DNA from: an uncultured delta proteobacterium
GTDB lineage: Bacteria; Desulfobacterota; RBG-13-43-22
Direction: 5' to 3'
NCBI GenBank assembly: GCA_963790475.1
Contig: CAWBOS010000006.1
Location: forward strand, 320,001-384,000
DNA: 64,000 nt
Shown here: positions 50,000 to 59,968 of the stretch, piece by piece
How the letters are laid out: each line of letters starts with the position of its first letter
Numbering within the stretch: the stretch's first letter is position 1
Made by a program: the position numbers and the translations under genes
The notes under the pieces: model-generated
Seen by the model: the letters and a program-made list of their open reading frames with translations, nothing else
What the model was told of the DNA's origin: nothing
Databases searched by the model: none

Positions 50000-50680
50000 A
50001 TGAGGAGTTGGAAAAAATTGTGCTGTTTCTTTATAGGTTTGTTGCTGTTTATCCCCTTTCCCTTATATGCCGTAGAAACCACGCTTTTTTCAGATGCCCG
50101 CCCTGCAGATAGACTGGAAGATGGGGCATTTTCAAAGAAGCCGGGGATCTTTCTTTCCGGAATCGGGGAGGGATTTCGCACCGGAACAAAAGTTGTGGAC
50201 TTATCCTTCGGGGTAACTCAAGGATTAGAGATATTTGGCAGCGAGGTACGACATGATCTGGGATTGATCTCGGTCTCGTATGGTCAGATGATCGGGAAGG
50301 TTAAGGGGGTTGGCCAATGGTATCAAGGCAACTGGGAACTCCGTGCGGAATTATTCGGCGGCGCTCAGTTTAATCCGGATACCCGCTCAGTCTTTGGATT
50401 GACACCGCACCTGCGATACAATTTTGCTACGGGCACCCGCCTTATCCCTTATCTCGATGTGGGCGCGGGCGTGTCTCTCACGGAAATTCGAGAGCCGGAC
50501 CTCGGCGGCGCTTTCCAGTTTAATCTGCAGGCCGTCACCGGAGCTAATTATTTTGTGCGAGACGATCTGAGCGTCAATATCGGCATACAATATCTTCACC
50601 TCTCGTCACTTAATATTAACCAACCTAATAATGGCCTGAATACACTGGGTTTCTATCTGGGTGTTCAATGGTATTTCTAA
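50000..50680 (+). CDS. pagL: Acyloxyacyl hydrolase / lipid A 3-O-deacylase (PagL family)
   Basis: Signal peptide; LGGAFQF, HLSS...PNNGLN motif; terminal Phe. Confidence 0.8.
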   Translation: MRSWKKLCCFFIGLLLFIPFPLYAVETTLFSDARPADRLEDGAFSKKPGIFLSGIGEGFRTGTKVVDLSFGVTQGLEIFGSEVRHDLGLISVSYGQMIGKVKGVGQWYQGNWELRAELFGGAQFNPDTRSVFGLTPHLRYNFATGTRLIPYLDVGAGVSLTEIREPDLGGAFQFNLQAVTGANYFVRDDLSVNIGIQYLHLSSLNINQPNNGLNTLGFYLGVQWYF

Positions 50681-50856
50681 ATTAAGATTCCTTTCATCCG
50701 GAACATCCGAAGGCCTGATTCACAGAAACGGCTAATCACCTGGACACTAACGAAAGTCCAACAGTATAGACCCGTCCTGGTCCAGAAGCTCATAGCTGAC
50801 GACTCATAGGGAAAGCAAGAGAAAAGAGGAGCAGAAGAGTCGGGTCCTTTATAAAA

Positions 50857-52248
50857 TTAAGCCAGGCGGGCTTGGAGTTTCAGGAAAGGGCCGCCGTCGG
50901 TCACCTTGACCCATTCCTTGTGCCCTTTGCCGCACATCCCCAGGCCGCTGATTTCCACGGCATTACCGACCATGGTGATGGATTGGAGCAGGTCCGGGAC
51001 ATAGCCGGTGATGATCACCGGGGTAAAGACCCTGCCGGTCAGCCTGCCATTTCTGATTTCCTCGGCATAATAACCCTCCAACTGAATCCCCCATCCTTTG
51101 GGGTCTTCCATGCCATTGGAAGGGTGCTCCAGAAAAAATCCATTTTCTACGGAATTCACCATAGCTTCAAAGGTATCTTCTCCCGGGCCGAAGTAAGTAT
51201 TGGTCATCCGGGCATAGACCTTTCTCTCAAAAGATTCCCGGCGGCCATTGGCTGATCGGACCAGGCCCAGGCGCATGGCTGAATTCAGATCGGTCAGCCC
51301 CCTTTTTAAAATACCCTTTTCAATTATCCGGGTTTCTGTGGCCGGTTCTCCTTCATGATCGAAGAAAAAAGAGGCGGCCTGGCCGGGCAGGGCCGGCGAA
51401 TCGAACATATTCACCAACGGCGAAGCCACCGGCAGATCCAGATAATCTTCACCCCGGGCCCTCTTTTTTAAAAACATATCGGTTTCCATGCCGTGGCCGA
51501 AGGCCTCATGGGCAAAGATGCCGGCAAATTCCGGGGAGAAGATACAATCATAGGTCCCTGGTTTCAGGCGCGGGGCGGTCAAAAGTTTCCCGCAGTCCTC
51601 CACCATTCTTTCCAGTTTATCTTCCGGAATAAAAGCCTTTTCATATCCCCCCTGGAAGGCTTGGCCGGTATGCAGATTAACCGAACGGTCCTCCGCCCGC
51701 ATTACTATCATCGCCGCCATCTGGGTCCGGCGGAGGTCCTGGAAGAGGACCTTGTGACGGTTTACAAACAATTCGCGGGAGCGCACATAGGCATATTGGC
51801 AAGTGGCTTGAACGATCCGGTTATCCTTTTGATGAAGCCGGTCTTTTACATTTCTGCAAGACTCTATCTTTTCCTGCAGGGGTATGGATTCGGGATCGGT
51901 TTCAACGGGAACGAAAAAATCTTTTCCCATCTTCGGCCCGGGGTCGATGGGGAGACCATCATAGAAAACTCCCTGGTTTTTCCCCAAATCCGTGAGTTGC
52001 CCGGAAATTTCTTTAAGCCCTTCTTCGGACAAATTTGAAGTGGCGGCTTCCAGAAAATAGCGGCCGTTAAATACTGTCATCACCACCCCTTTAACCGGGT
52101 CAATTTGTTCGGCCTGCTGCTGCCGTGTTTGTACAGCCAGGCGTTCACCGAGGGTTTCCGTAGCCAGCAGAGAGGCATAAGGGAAAAGGTGTTCCAGGTC
52201 ATAAACCACATCCTTGGCCAATGATTTAAAAAGAGAGGTATTCAACAT
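50857..52248 (-). CDS. tldD: TldD family metalloprotease
   Basis: HEAFGHG.E.D, DHEG, NGRRES, RMTNTY, CGK. Confidence 0.9.
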   Translation of the reverse strand: MLNTSLFKSLAKDVVYDLEHLFPYASLLATETLGERLAVQTRQQQAEQIDPVKGVVMTVFNGRYFLEAATSNLSEEGLKEISGQLTDLGKNQGVFYDGLPIDPGPKMGKDFFVPVETDPESIPLQEKIESCRNVKDRLHQKDNRIVQATCQYAYVRSRELFVNRHKVLFQDLRRTQMAAMIVMRAEDRSVNLHTGQAFQGGYEKAFIPEDKLERMVEDCGKLLTAPRLKPGTYDCIFSPEFAGIFAHEAFGHGMETDMFLKKRARGEDYLDLPVASPLVNMFDSPALPGQAASFFFDHEGEPATETRIIEKGILKRGLTDLNSAMRLGLVRSANGRRESFERKVYARMTNTYFGPGEDTFEAMVNSVENGFFLEHPSNGMEDPKGWGIQLEGYYAEEIRNGRLTGRVFTPVIITGYVPDLLQSITMVGNAVEISGLGMCGKGHKEWVKVTDGGPFLKLQARLA

Positions 52249-52363
52249 CGGTAGTCCGATCCTTGATTGATTTTAAGGATGATTTTTCCATCCTTTATTG
52301 ATTGTTGAATTCTATCACAAAATCCGGCCTTCCACCAGCCTTTGTTGGCCAGAGGATAAAAAC

Positions 52364-52392
52364 TTGCCCCGGTTTTGGAGATATGCTACTAT
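52364..52392 (+). promoter_or_regulatory. Promoter of ssb
   Basis: TTGCCC-17 nt-TACTAT with extended -10 TG. Confidence 0.55.
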
Positions 52393-52452
52393 CCCCGTGA
52401 GTTAATTTTCAAGAAAGACAGGAGAGATTGCTCTCAAACAAAGGGGGAGACC

Positions 52453-52884
52453 ATGGCTTCAGTAAACAAGGTCATTTTAATCGGAAACCTCGGGGCTGAT
52501 CCAGAACTGCGATATACAGCCACAGGAACGGCAGTAGCCAATTTCAATATGGCGACTAAGGATTCGTGGACCGGCAAGGACGGTAACAAAGAAGAACGTA
52601 CTGAATGGCATCGGGTGGTGGCCTGGGCCCGCTTGGGAGAAATCTGCGGCGAGTATCTGACCAAAGGAAAACAGGTCTATATCGAAGGAAAGCTGCGTAC
52701 GCGAAGTTGGGAAGACCGGGATGGAAATAAACGCTACACCACTGAAGTTCTGGCGCAGACCATGCAGATGTTGGGTTCGGTCGGGGACCGGGTTCCCGCC
52801 GAAAGGGAAGTAGGGGGTAAAGAATTTGGCGGTGGCGAACCACAGGGCGGGGGGCCTTTCCCCGAGGATGATATTCCTTTTTAA
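52453..52884 (+). CDS. ssb: Single-stranded DNA-binding protein
   Basis: [24 protein letters not shown]-terminal DDIPF; ATG 52453 behind GGGGAG. Confidence 0.97.
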   Translation: MASVNKVILIGNLGADPELRYTATGTAVANFNMATKDSWTGKDGNKEERTEWHRVVAWARLGEICGEYLTKGKQVYIEGKLRTRSWEDRDGNKRYTTEVLAQTMQMLGSVGDRVPAEREVGGKEFGGGEPQGGGPFPEDDIPF

Positions 52885-53244
52885 GGGGTTCTTTTTACAA
52901 GAGGGTTTAATACAGATTGTAAGTAAGTTTTAGCGATTATTAAAATGCCTTTGGCCACGAATGTACCGAGAACCACAGACTTTTTTTCAGGCGGACATTC
53001 CCCGGGAATGCCTGCTCGCCCCAAAGGCCAGGCCGGAATCCAATTGAGGAGCCGTTAATCCGATCACATCCCGATTCTTTATCTTGTCTGCCTTGGATGT
53101 GGAAAAAATAAAGAGATTTTTCCATTTGTTCAAAAAAACTAAACTGATCGATTTTCAATTCCCTCGGACAAACCCAGTCCGAGGATCGTTTCACTTGAGC
53201 CAGAAGGAGAAGCCCCTTCCTTCCTTAAGCGATATATACATCAA

Positions 53245-53640
53245 TCACTCCTGAGATAACTCCTCCACCAGCCTCGAAAACTCCTCGGAATTACGATACT
53301 CCTGAAGATGCCTTTGGTATTCCAACCAGGATTTCCAGATCCCCAGCCAGGTCTGGTTATGATAATATTCCTGGCCGGACACCGGGGATCGGCCGGAGAC
53401 CAATTCCTGAAAAAGGCGGTATTCCTCCCAACATCCCGGGCAAAGCCTTAGGGGCAAAATCTCGGAGATGATCTGCGGCTGGGGCACTTCCAATTGGGAC
53501 CCACATTTGGCGCACTTGTGCGGACAGGCCGTGCACTGCATGACCATCCGGAAGGAATCCGTTCTTTGTTTTTTTTCTTTGGAAAGGATCCCTTCCTTCT
53601 GCTTGCGCAGGCGGTCCTGGAAAGGAATGATATCGGCCAT
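53245..53640 (-). CDS. Hypothetical Zn-finger-like protein
   Basis: CTAC..KCAKC...LCPGC; starts 1 nt after the hemA stop. Confidence 0.7.
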   Translation of the reverse strand: MADIIPFQDRLRKQKEGILSKEKKQRTDSFRMVMQCTACPHKCAKCGSQLEVPQPQIISEILPLRLCPGCWEEYRLFQELVSGRSPVSGQEYYHNQTWLGIWKSWLEYQRHLQEYRNSEEFSRLVEELSQE

Positions 53641-53641
53641 T

Positions 53642-54922
53642 TTAATCTTCCTCCTTTCCTCTATCTAAATTGAATATTTTCTGAATCCGGTCGATCCTTT
53701 CATCTTTATGATCCTCATGCTCCGGTTTTTTCAGAAAAGAGATGGGATCATGCAGAATCTTGTTGATTATGGAATCGGTCATTTGCTCAATTGCTTTCTG
53801 TTGCTCAGGTGTTAAACTTTCCAGTACCGGACTGGTTTTTTTCCATTCCCCTTGCCGAATACCTTCTATCTTATTCCGCAGGGAAATGATGGTCGGAACG
53901 ACCTCCAGCTGATTCAGCCAGGAGCCGAACTTGATCCCTTCTTCCTGAACGATCCTTTCGGCTTGCAAGGCCTCCTGTTTTCTAACGACCATGTTCTGCT
54001 GAACGATCCCCTGGAGATCATCGATATCGTACAGGTAGACATTATCCATTTGATTGATGCTGGGATCAATATCCCGGGGTACGGCGATATCGATGAAGAA
54101 CAAGGGCCTTTGTTTTCTTTGCTTCATGATACTCTTAACCTGTGGAAAAAGGATAACCATCTCCGGAGCCCCGGTAGAACTGATAACAATATCACTTTCA
54201 AACAAGGCCGAGGGGATCTCTTCCAGGGAAATGGCTTGTCCCTGCCATCGCTTAGCCAGTTCCATGGCCCGTTCCAGGGTCCGGTTGGCCACGACGAATT
54301 TCCGGACCCGGTTGTTCAAGAGGTGCTCAGCCGCCAACTCGGCCATCTCTCCGGCCCCGATCAACAGGACTTTTTTCCCGGACAGGTCTTGAAAAATCTT
54401 TTTGGCCAGTTCGACGGCGGCAAAACTAACTGATACGGCAAGGCTGGCAATTCCGGTTTCGGTTCGGATTCGTTTGGCTACGGAAAAGGTCTTGTGAAGC
54501 AGGCGATTGAGGATGACCCCGGTGGTATGACTGCAGACGGCCTCTCGATAGGCCTCTTTAATCTGACCCAGGATCTGAGGTTCTCCGATAACCATGGAGT
54601 CCAAACCGGCGGCTACCCGAAAAAGGTGTTGAATGGCTTTCTCGGCTCTCAAGACATAAATCTCCGCTATAAAATCCGAAGGAGATTCTTGAATGCCCAA
54701 GGCCCAGTAATCCAGCAGTTCCCGGATAGTCCGGTCCGGCTCTTCCGAGGTAAACAGGAACTCAACCCGGTTACAAGTGGTCAGGAGGAGGGTTTCCATA
54801 AGCCCCGGGGTTTCTTTGATCGGCGGGGGGACCGGTCCATTTTGGGTTAAAAAACCGGCCAGACGTTCCCGCAATTCCACGCCAGCGGTGATATGATTAA
54901 GGCCGATGACCACGATTTCCAA
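53642..54922 (-). CDS. hemA: Glutamyl-tRNA reductase
   Basis: TCNRVE, GLDSMVIGEPQILGQ, GAGEM, DIAVPRDI. Confidence 0.97.
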   Translation of the reverse strand: MEIVVIGLNHITAGVELRERLAGFLTQNGPVPPPIKETPGLMETLLLTTCNRVEFLFTSEEPDRTIRELLDYWALGIQESPSDFIAEIYVLRAEKAIQHLFRVAAGLDSMVIGEPQILGQIKEAYREAVCSHTTGVILNRLLHKTFSVAKRIRTETGIASLAVSVSFAAVELAKKIFQDLSGKKVLLIGAGEMAELAAEHLLNNRVRKFVVANRTLERAMELAKRWQGQAISLEEIPSALFESDIVISSTGAPEMVILFPQVKSIMKQRKQRPLFFIDIAVPRDIDPSINQMDNVYLYDIDDLQGIVQQNMVVRKQEALQAERIVQEEGIKFGSWLNQLEVVPTIISLRNKIEGIRQGEWKKTSPVLESLTPEQQKAIEQMTDSIINKILHDPISFLKKPEHEDHKDERIDRIQKIFNLDRGKEED

Positions 54923-54924
54923 AA

Positions 54925-55788
54925 TTAAATCCTTTTTTCAGGGGCCGGGCTTTGAACGGCCGGGGCCTCAAAGGCTGAAAAACTATGATAACCCTTAACC
55001 AGATAATTCACGCCTAAGAAGGAAAAAATCAAAATAAGGAACCCGATAATGGAGATCATGGCTGAACGCCGGCCGCGCCATCCGGACACCAGACGACCGT
55101 GCAGCAAAGCGGCATAAAGCAGCCAGGTGATCAGGGACCAGACCTCTTTGGGATCCCACCTCCAGAAGGTACCCAGGGTGTATTGGGCAAAGATCGATCC
55201 GCTGAGCATGCCCAAGGTTAGAAGAGGAAATCCGATAATCAGGCAGTTGTAGTTCAAGGAATCCAGGACCTCCAGGGAGGGCAGCCGATGATATAGACGC
55301 CCTAATCGCTTGGATTTGATCTGACGTTCCTGGATGAGGTACATGACCCCGGCAAAAAAGGCAACGGCGAAAGCCCCGTTGCCGGCAAAGATGATCCCAA
55401 TGTGAACCATCAACCAAAGGTTTTGCAGTAAAGGGCTGACCGGTCCGCTTTGATGGGGAAGAAAGGAGGAACTGATCATCATCACTGCGGCCAGGGGAGA
55501 AAGAAAAGAGCCCAGGACAAGGATGTTGAAGCGAATCTGGATGATCAGGTATACGCCAATGATCGCCCAGGCAAAAAACGATAAGGACTCCCGCAAATCA
55601 TGAACCGGTAAGTATCCGGTTTCAATGGTCCAAAGGCTGATGCTTAAGGTGTGCGCTAAAAATCCCAAAAGGAGAAGGCCATGAGAAATCCGGGCCATGG
55701 GTTTGATTTGAAAGACGATAAACAAAATGTATCCCAGGGTGCCCAATAAATAGAGACTTAATGCGCCTTTAAAAAAGAAAATGGCCAT
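54925..55788 (-). CDS. ccsA: Cytochrome c assembly protein (CcsA/CcsB, HemX-like)
   Basis: WRWDPKEVWSLITW (WWD domain), conserved His, 8 TM helices. Confidence 0.88.
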   Translation of the reverse strand: MAIFFFKGALSLYLLGTLGYILFIVFQIKPMARISHGLLLLGFLAHTLSISLWTIETGYLPVHDLRESLSFFAWAIIGVYLIIQIRFNILVLGSFLSPLAAVMMISSSFLPHQSGPVSPLLQNLWLMVHIGIIFAGNGAFAVAFFAGVMYLIQERQIKSKRLGRLYHRLPSLEVLDSLNYNCLIIGFPLLTLGMLSGSIFAQYTLGTFWRWDPKEVWSLITWLLYAALLHGRLVSGWRGRRSAMISIIGFLILIFSFLGVNYLVKGYHSFSAFEAPAVQSPAPEKRI

Positions 55789-55794
55789 AGGTCC

Positions 55795-56481
55795 TCACGG
55801 AAAGGAAGGGAGCTGTTGGTTTAATATTTGGGTCAATTTGGACCGGGGGAAAGGCGGATCCAGGAGCTGGTCCATAAGATCATACAGGGCTTCAAAATTT
55901 CCGGTCTCCAGCCAGGATAAAACAGAAGAATCGACCAGGGTTTGGAAAATTTGTTGGTTTTCCTGCTGAGACAGGTTGCGGGCCAGAACCTCGGTGCGAA
56001 TTTGACCCAACAATTCCAGATACAGGCCGTAGATTTCAGGAAAAGCCCTTTCCAGGTCCTGGCGAATTTTTTTAGCCAGGGCCGGACTTTTCCCGGCCGT
56101 GGAGACGGCAATAGTCAAGTCCCCCCTTGAAACCAGGGAAGGGAGGATAAAGTTGCATTCCTGGGGTTTGTCAACAATATTACACAGTATCCCGCGGGCC
56201 CGCGCTTCCCGGCCTATTTTCCCGTTAAGGTTCGGATCATCGGTGGCACTGACAACCAAGAACTTCCCCGGCAGGTGTTCGGTTTGATAGTCCGGGGCAA
56301 GAAGCTGAATCCGGCCCTGGCGTACCTCTTCTTCCAGATAAGGAGTCAGTTCCCGGCTGATCAGAAAAACTTTGGCGGCGCAGGATTGCAGGGTTTTTAC
56401 CTTTCTTTCCCCCACCTGCCCTCCCCCGATCACCAAACAGGGGAGATTTTGTAAATCCAAAAAAACAGGATAGTAGCGCAT
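55795..56481 (-). CDS. sirC: Precorrin-2 dehydrogenase / sirohydrochlorin ferrochelatase (SirC/CysG N-terminal)
   Basis: YYPVFL, VIGGGQVGERK, ATDD, NIVD.P, STAGKSPALA. Confidence 0.92.
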   Translation of the reverse strand: MRYYPVFLDLQNLPCLVIGGGQVGERKVKTLQSCAAKVFLISRELTPYLEEEVRQGRIQLLAPDYQTEHLPGKFLVVSATDDPNLNGKIGREARARGILCNIVDKPQECNFILPSLVSRGDLTIAVSTAGKSPALAKKIRQDLERAFPEIYGLYLELLGQIRTEVLARNLSQQENQQIFQTLVDSSVLSWLETGNFEALYDLMDQLLDPPFPRSKLTQILNQQLPSFP

Positions 56482-56549
56482 GAATATCTCACTGGTCATT
56501 TTAGTTCGAAAATAGATTTTTAACCACCCTTGCCCTCTGTTAGGGCTCT

Positions 56550-56578
56550 GTAGGGGCGGGTTTGAAACCCGCCCCTAC
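56550..56578. repeat. GTAG-type REP palindrome
   Basis: GTAGGGGCGGGTTT-G-AAACCCGCCCCTAC, perfect 14-bp IR; degenerate relative at about 190-230. Confidence 0.75.
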
Positions 56579-56725
56579 GACGTCGGAATTTTCATGATTC
56601 GTGGCGCCCCGGTAGAGGCATGAAGGTTTAACGTATAAATATTACCATGAATCGCTTTCTTGTCAACTTTTACCCTGAAGAACCAATACTTGAAAATTAA
56701 AATGGAATAGTGTATTTAATAAATT

Positions 56726-58270
56726 ATGGCTACTGAATTACTGATCAATGCCCGTTCCTATGAAACCCGGGTGGCGCTTATTGAAAACAATATCCTGGCC
56801 GAGCTCCATGTCGAAAGACCCAGCCGTTACAGTCTGGCCGGTAATATCTATAAAGGCAAGGTCGTCCGGGTCCTGCCCGGGATGCAGGCGGCCTTTGTCG
56901 ATATCGGTCTGGAAAGGGCGGCCTTTCTCTATATTACCGATGTAACCGATAATTATGAAGAATTCGAAGCCATGATGAAGGAGGAGGAGGAAGACCGCGA
57001 GGAAGGTCTAAGCGATCCGGAAGAAGAACCGGAGGAAAAAGCAACCTCCCGTCAACCTTATTTTAATATTGAGGACCTGCTCAATGAAGGACAGGAACTC
57101 CTGGTCCAGGTTGTCCGGGAACCGCTTGGTTCGAAAGGGGCCCGGATCACCACCCATATCTCCCTGCCCGGTCGTCATTTGGTCTTGATGCCCACCATGG
57201 ATCATATAGGCATATCCCGACGCATTGAAGATGAAACGGAGCGTAAGAAACTGAGGGAACTTTTAAGTGAGATCAAGCCGGATGGATTCGGATTGATTGC
57301 CAGGACGGCCAGCGAAGGGGCACTCAAAGATAAAGACAAGATCAAGACCGAAATGGATTTTCTGATCAAGCTTTGGAACAACATCCAACAAAAAATGCCC
57401 CGGGCCGCCATGTCCAGCTTGATTCATCAGGACCTGAATATTACCCTCCGGGCGGTCAGGGACCTCTTTACCAAGGAAGTGGATCGTCTGGTAATCGATT
57501 CCCAGCCGGAATACGAGCAGATTCTCCAATTTATCGATACCTTTATGCCCAAGCTGAAACATCTGGTCCACTTCTACGAAGGGAAGGAACCCCTTTTTGA
57601 CGGCTATGGCATCGAAGTGGAAGTGGGACGCGCCCTGGGCAAAAAGGTCTGGTTGAAATCAGGCGGCTATATCGTGATTGAGGCTACCGAGGCTTTGACT
57701 TCCATCGATGTCAATACCGGTCGTTATGTGGGCAAAAGGAATTTGGAAGAAACCATTCTCAAGACTAATCTGGAGGCGGTTAAAGAGATTGCCTACCAGT
57801 TGCGTTTACGCAATATCGGCGGATTGGTGGTTATCGATTTTATCGATATGGAAAAAAAGAGCGACCGGGAAAAGGTTTTCAATGCCCTGAAAGAGGCCCT
57901 GAAACGGGATAAGAATAAGACCAATGTGCTTAAGATGTCCGAACTGGGTCTGATTGAAATGACCAGGAAACGAACGCGTGAAAATCTGACTCGGCTTTTC
58001 CGGGAACCGTGTTTCTATTGCGAAGGGGAAGGCTGGTTGAAGTCCAAGAATTCCCTTTGTTATCAAATCTTCCGGCAGATTGAGCGCGAGGCCTGGGAAA
58101 TCCCGGCAGACAACCTGACCCTGCAAGTCCATCCGGAGATCGCCGGCCTGCTTCTGGATGAAGAGCATCCGGCCATGGAAGAACTGGAAAAACGGATCGG
58201 CAAGAGGATCTCCGTGGAGTCCAAGGAAACCATGCACCTGGAACAATTTAAAATTACCAATGAAAAATAA
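56726..58270 (+). CDS. rng: Ribonuclease G (Rne/Rng family)
   Basis: GNIYKGKV.RVLPGMQAAFVDIG, IDVNTG, RLRNIGG..VIDFIDM, CFYCEG. Confidence 0.95.
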   Translation: MATELLINARSYETRVALIENNILAELHVERPSRYSLAGNIYKGKVVRVLPGMQAAFVDIGLERAAFLYITDVTDNYEEFEAMMKEEEEDREEGLSDPEEEPEEKATSRQPYFNIEDLLNEGQELLVQVVREPLGSKGARITTHISLPGRHLVLMPTMDHIGISRRIEDETERKKLRELLSEIKPDGFGLIARTASEGALKDKDKIKTEMDFLIKLWNNIQQKMPRAAMSSLIHQDLNITLRAVRDLFTKEVDRLVIDSQPEYEQILQFIDTFMPKLKHLVHFYEGKEPLFDGYGIEVEVGRALGKKVWLKSGGYIVIEATEALTSIDVNTGRYVGKRNLEETILKTNLEAVKEIAYQLRLRNIGGLVVIDFIDMEKKSDREKVFNALKEALKRDKNKTNVLKMSELGLIEMTRKRTRENLTRLFREPCFYCEGEGWLKSKNSLCYQIFRQIEREAWEIPADNLTLQVHPEIAGLLLDEEHPAMEELEKRIGKRISVESKETMHLEQFKITNEK

Positions 58271-58278
58271 GGGTATAG

Positions 58279-58422
58279 TGAGAGCCTTGAAAAATGTTCA
58301 ATTTTGGTCAAACTCAAGGAAGGCGAAAATTTTAACCACAGGAATACATGCAGTATTTCGAGGATTAAAAATTGAGTCTGACGTAGAGGTTGGGCAGAAG
58401 GGGACGTTTTTGATGGCTCTCA
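58279..58422. repeat. 144-bp MITE, copy 1
   Basis: Terminal IRs TGAGAGCCTTGAAAAATGT / ACGTTTTTGATGGCTCTCA; colinear with 58563-58706. Confidence 0.85.
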
Positions 58423-58476
58423 TTGTTTTTTCTTGACAGAGGAACAGCGTGTGAGTTAAATTTTTTAGCTTAAGCT

Positions 58477-58551
58477 GGGCGGGTAGCTCAGCGGGAGAGC
58501 ATCGGCCTTACAAGCCGAGGGTCACAGGTTCAAATCCTGTTCCGCCTACCA
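58477..58551 (+). tRNA. tRNA-Val (TAC)
   Basis: Cloverleaf; anticodon arm TCGGC-CTTACAA-GCCGA; TTCAAAT T-loop; encoded CCA; TTGACA promoter at 58433. Confidence 0.96.
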
Positions 58552-58562
58552 TCTGCCAAACC

Positions 58563-58706
58563 TGAGACCTTTGAAAAATATTCAATTTTGGCCAAGGTCA
58601 AGGAAGGCGAAAATTTCAACCACAGGAATATATGTAATATTTCGAGGATTGAAATTTGAGCCTGACGGAGAGATTGGGCAAAAGGGGGCATTTTTCAAAG
58701 GTCTCA
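58563..58706. repeat. 144-bp MITE, copy 2
   Basis: Terminal IRs TGAGACCTTTGAAAAAT / ATTTTTCAAAGGTCTCA (perfect 17 bp). Confidence 0.88.
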
Positions 58707-58711
58707 AAATC

Positions 58712-58788
<77 letters not shown>

Positions 58789-58796
58789 GTCATTAA

Positions 58797-58833
58797 AATT
58801 TCCCGGTCCGATTTAAATAAGGACCGGGAAATT
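58797..58833 (+). terminator. Hairpin after the tRNA operon
   Basis: AATTTCCCGGTCC / GGACCGGGAAATT, 13-bp perfect IR; weak U-tract. Confidence 0.5.
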
Positions 58834-58954
58834 CAGATTGCTGGTATATTCCAACCTCTTTTTCTGCTTGACATTGTTTTGTCCATTTGAAATTCTGTTG
58901 AATATTCAAAAAATCTATGTTTGAATGGTTCATAATAAGATAAGGAGTTAAATT

Positions 58955-59803
58955 ATGCACGAAACCGTACCCACCAAATTTACCGGGGCCAAAAAATATG
59001 TCCTGGATGAGGAATTGGCCAAAATCGTTAATATTACCATGGGGCTGGAAATGCCTCTGCTGCTCAAAGGAGAGCCCGGCACCGGGAAAACCATGTTGGC
59101 CCACGCCATTTCCGAGGCCTTCGGCATGCGCTTGATAGTCCTTAATGTGAAGTCGAGCATGAAGCTGATCGATGCCCTGTATCAATATGATACCCTGACC
59201 CGTTTAAACGACAGCCGCTTCGGGGATTCCAGCCGGAATGTAAGCAACATTGAAGACTATATCAAGATGGGCAAAATCGGGCAGGCCTTTGTGGCCGATA
59301 AAAAAGTAGTCTTGCTGATCGATGAAATTGATAAGGCCGACACGGATTTTCAGGATGACATGCTGGATGTCCTGGATCAGATGGAGTTTGACATCATCGA
59401 GATTGATAAAACTATTCGGGCCATAAACCGGCCGGTCATTATTATCACTTCCAATGCCAAAAAAGACCTGTCCGACCCTTTCTTAGGCCGCTGCAACTTT
59501 CATCACATCGCCTTTCCGGAGCCGAGCATTATGAGAGAAATCCTCCATGTCCATTTTCCGAATATTGACCAGGACCTGTTGGATAGCGCGGTCCAGACCT
59601 TTTATCGCCTTCGGGATATCCGGGGAATAGAAAAGAAACCGGCCACCCGGGAATTGATCAACTGGATCCGGGCCCTGAAATCCGATCCAGATTTCAAAGT
59701 CAAGGACCTGATTAAAGGGGAAGTCCCTTTTTTGGGGGTGTTGTTTAAAAAGAGTCCGGATTATGTTGTGGCCCAGAATAGTGTGGGCCGGGTAAAAAGA
59801 TAG
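58955..59803 (+). CDS. MoxR family AAA+ ATPase (CoxD-like)
   Basis: PLLLKGEPGTGKT, LLIDEIDKAD, IITSN. Confidence 0.93.
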   Translation: MHETVPTKFTGAKKYVLDEELAKIVNITMGLEMPLLLKGEPGTGKTMLAHAISEAFGMRLIVLNVKSSMKLIDALYQYDTLTRLNDSRFGDSSRNVSNIEDYIKMGKIGQAFVADKKVVLLIDEIDKADTDFQDDMLDVLDQMEFDIIEIDKTIRAINRPVIIITSNAKKDLSDPFLGRCNFHHIAFPEPSIMREILHVHFPNIDQDLLDSAVQTFYRLRDIRGIEKKPATRELINWIRALKSDPDFKVKDLIKGEVPFLGVLFKKSPDYVVAQNSVGRVKR

Positions 59804-59814
59804 GTTCTGAATCG

Positions 59815-59900
59815 TTAGAATCCAGAAGTCAGAATCCAGAATAAACATCCCGAATTCATTATGGGTTCATCCTTATTCTGACTCCTGCCTCCTGGATACC
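59815..59900. repeat. Heptamer-built intergenic palindromic repeat, copy 2
   Basis: AATCCAGAAGTCAGAATCC...TTCATCCTTATTCTGACTCCTG, matching 10322-10426. Confidence 0.7.
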
Positions 59901-59968
59901 AAAGTTTGGTTGGAAACTGGAAAGGTTTATTACCACACCTTCAAGGGATAAAACCCAAGGATAGATCA

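Noticed and set aside
52940-53240. Small ORF(s) between ssb and the hem operon
   Set aside because: No motif and no convincing start; cannot be supported
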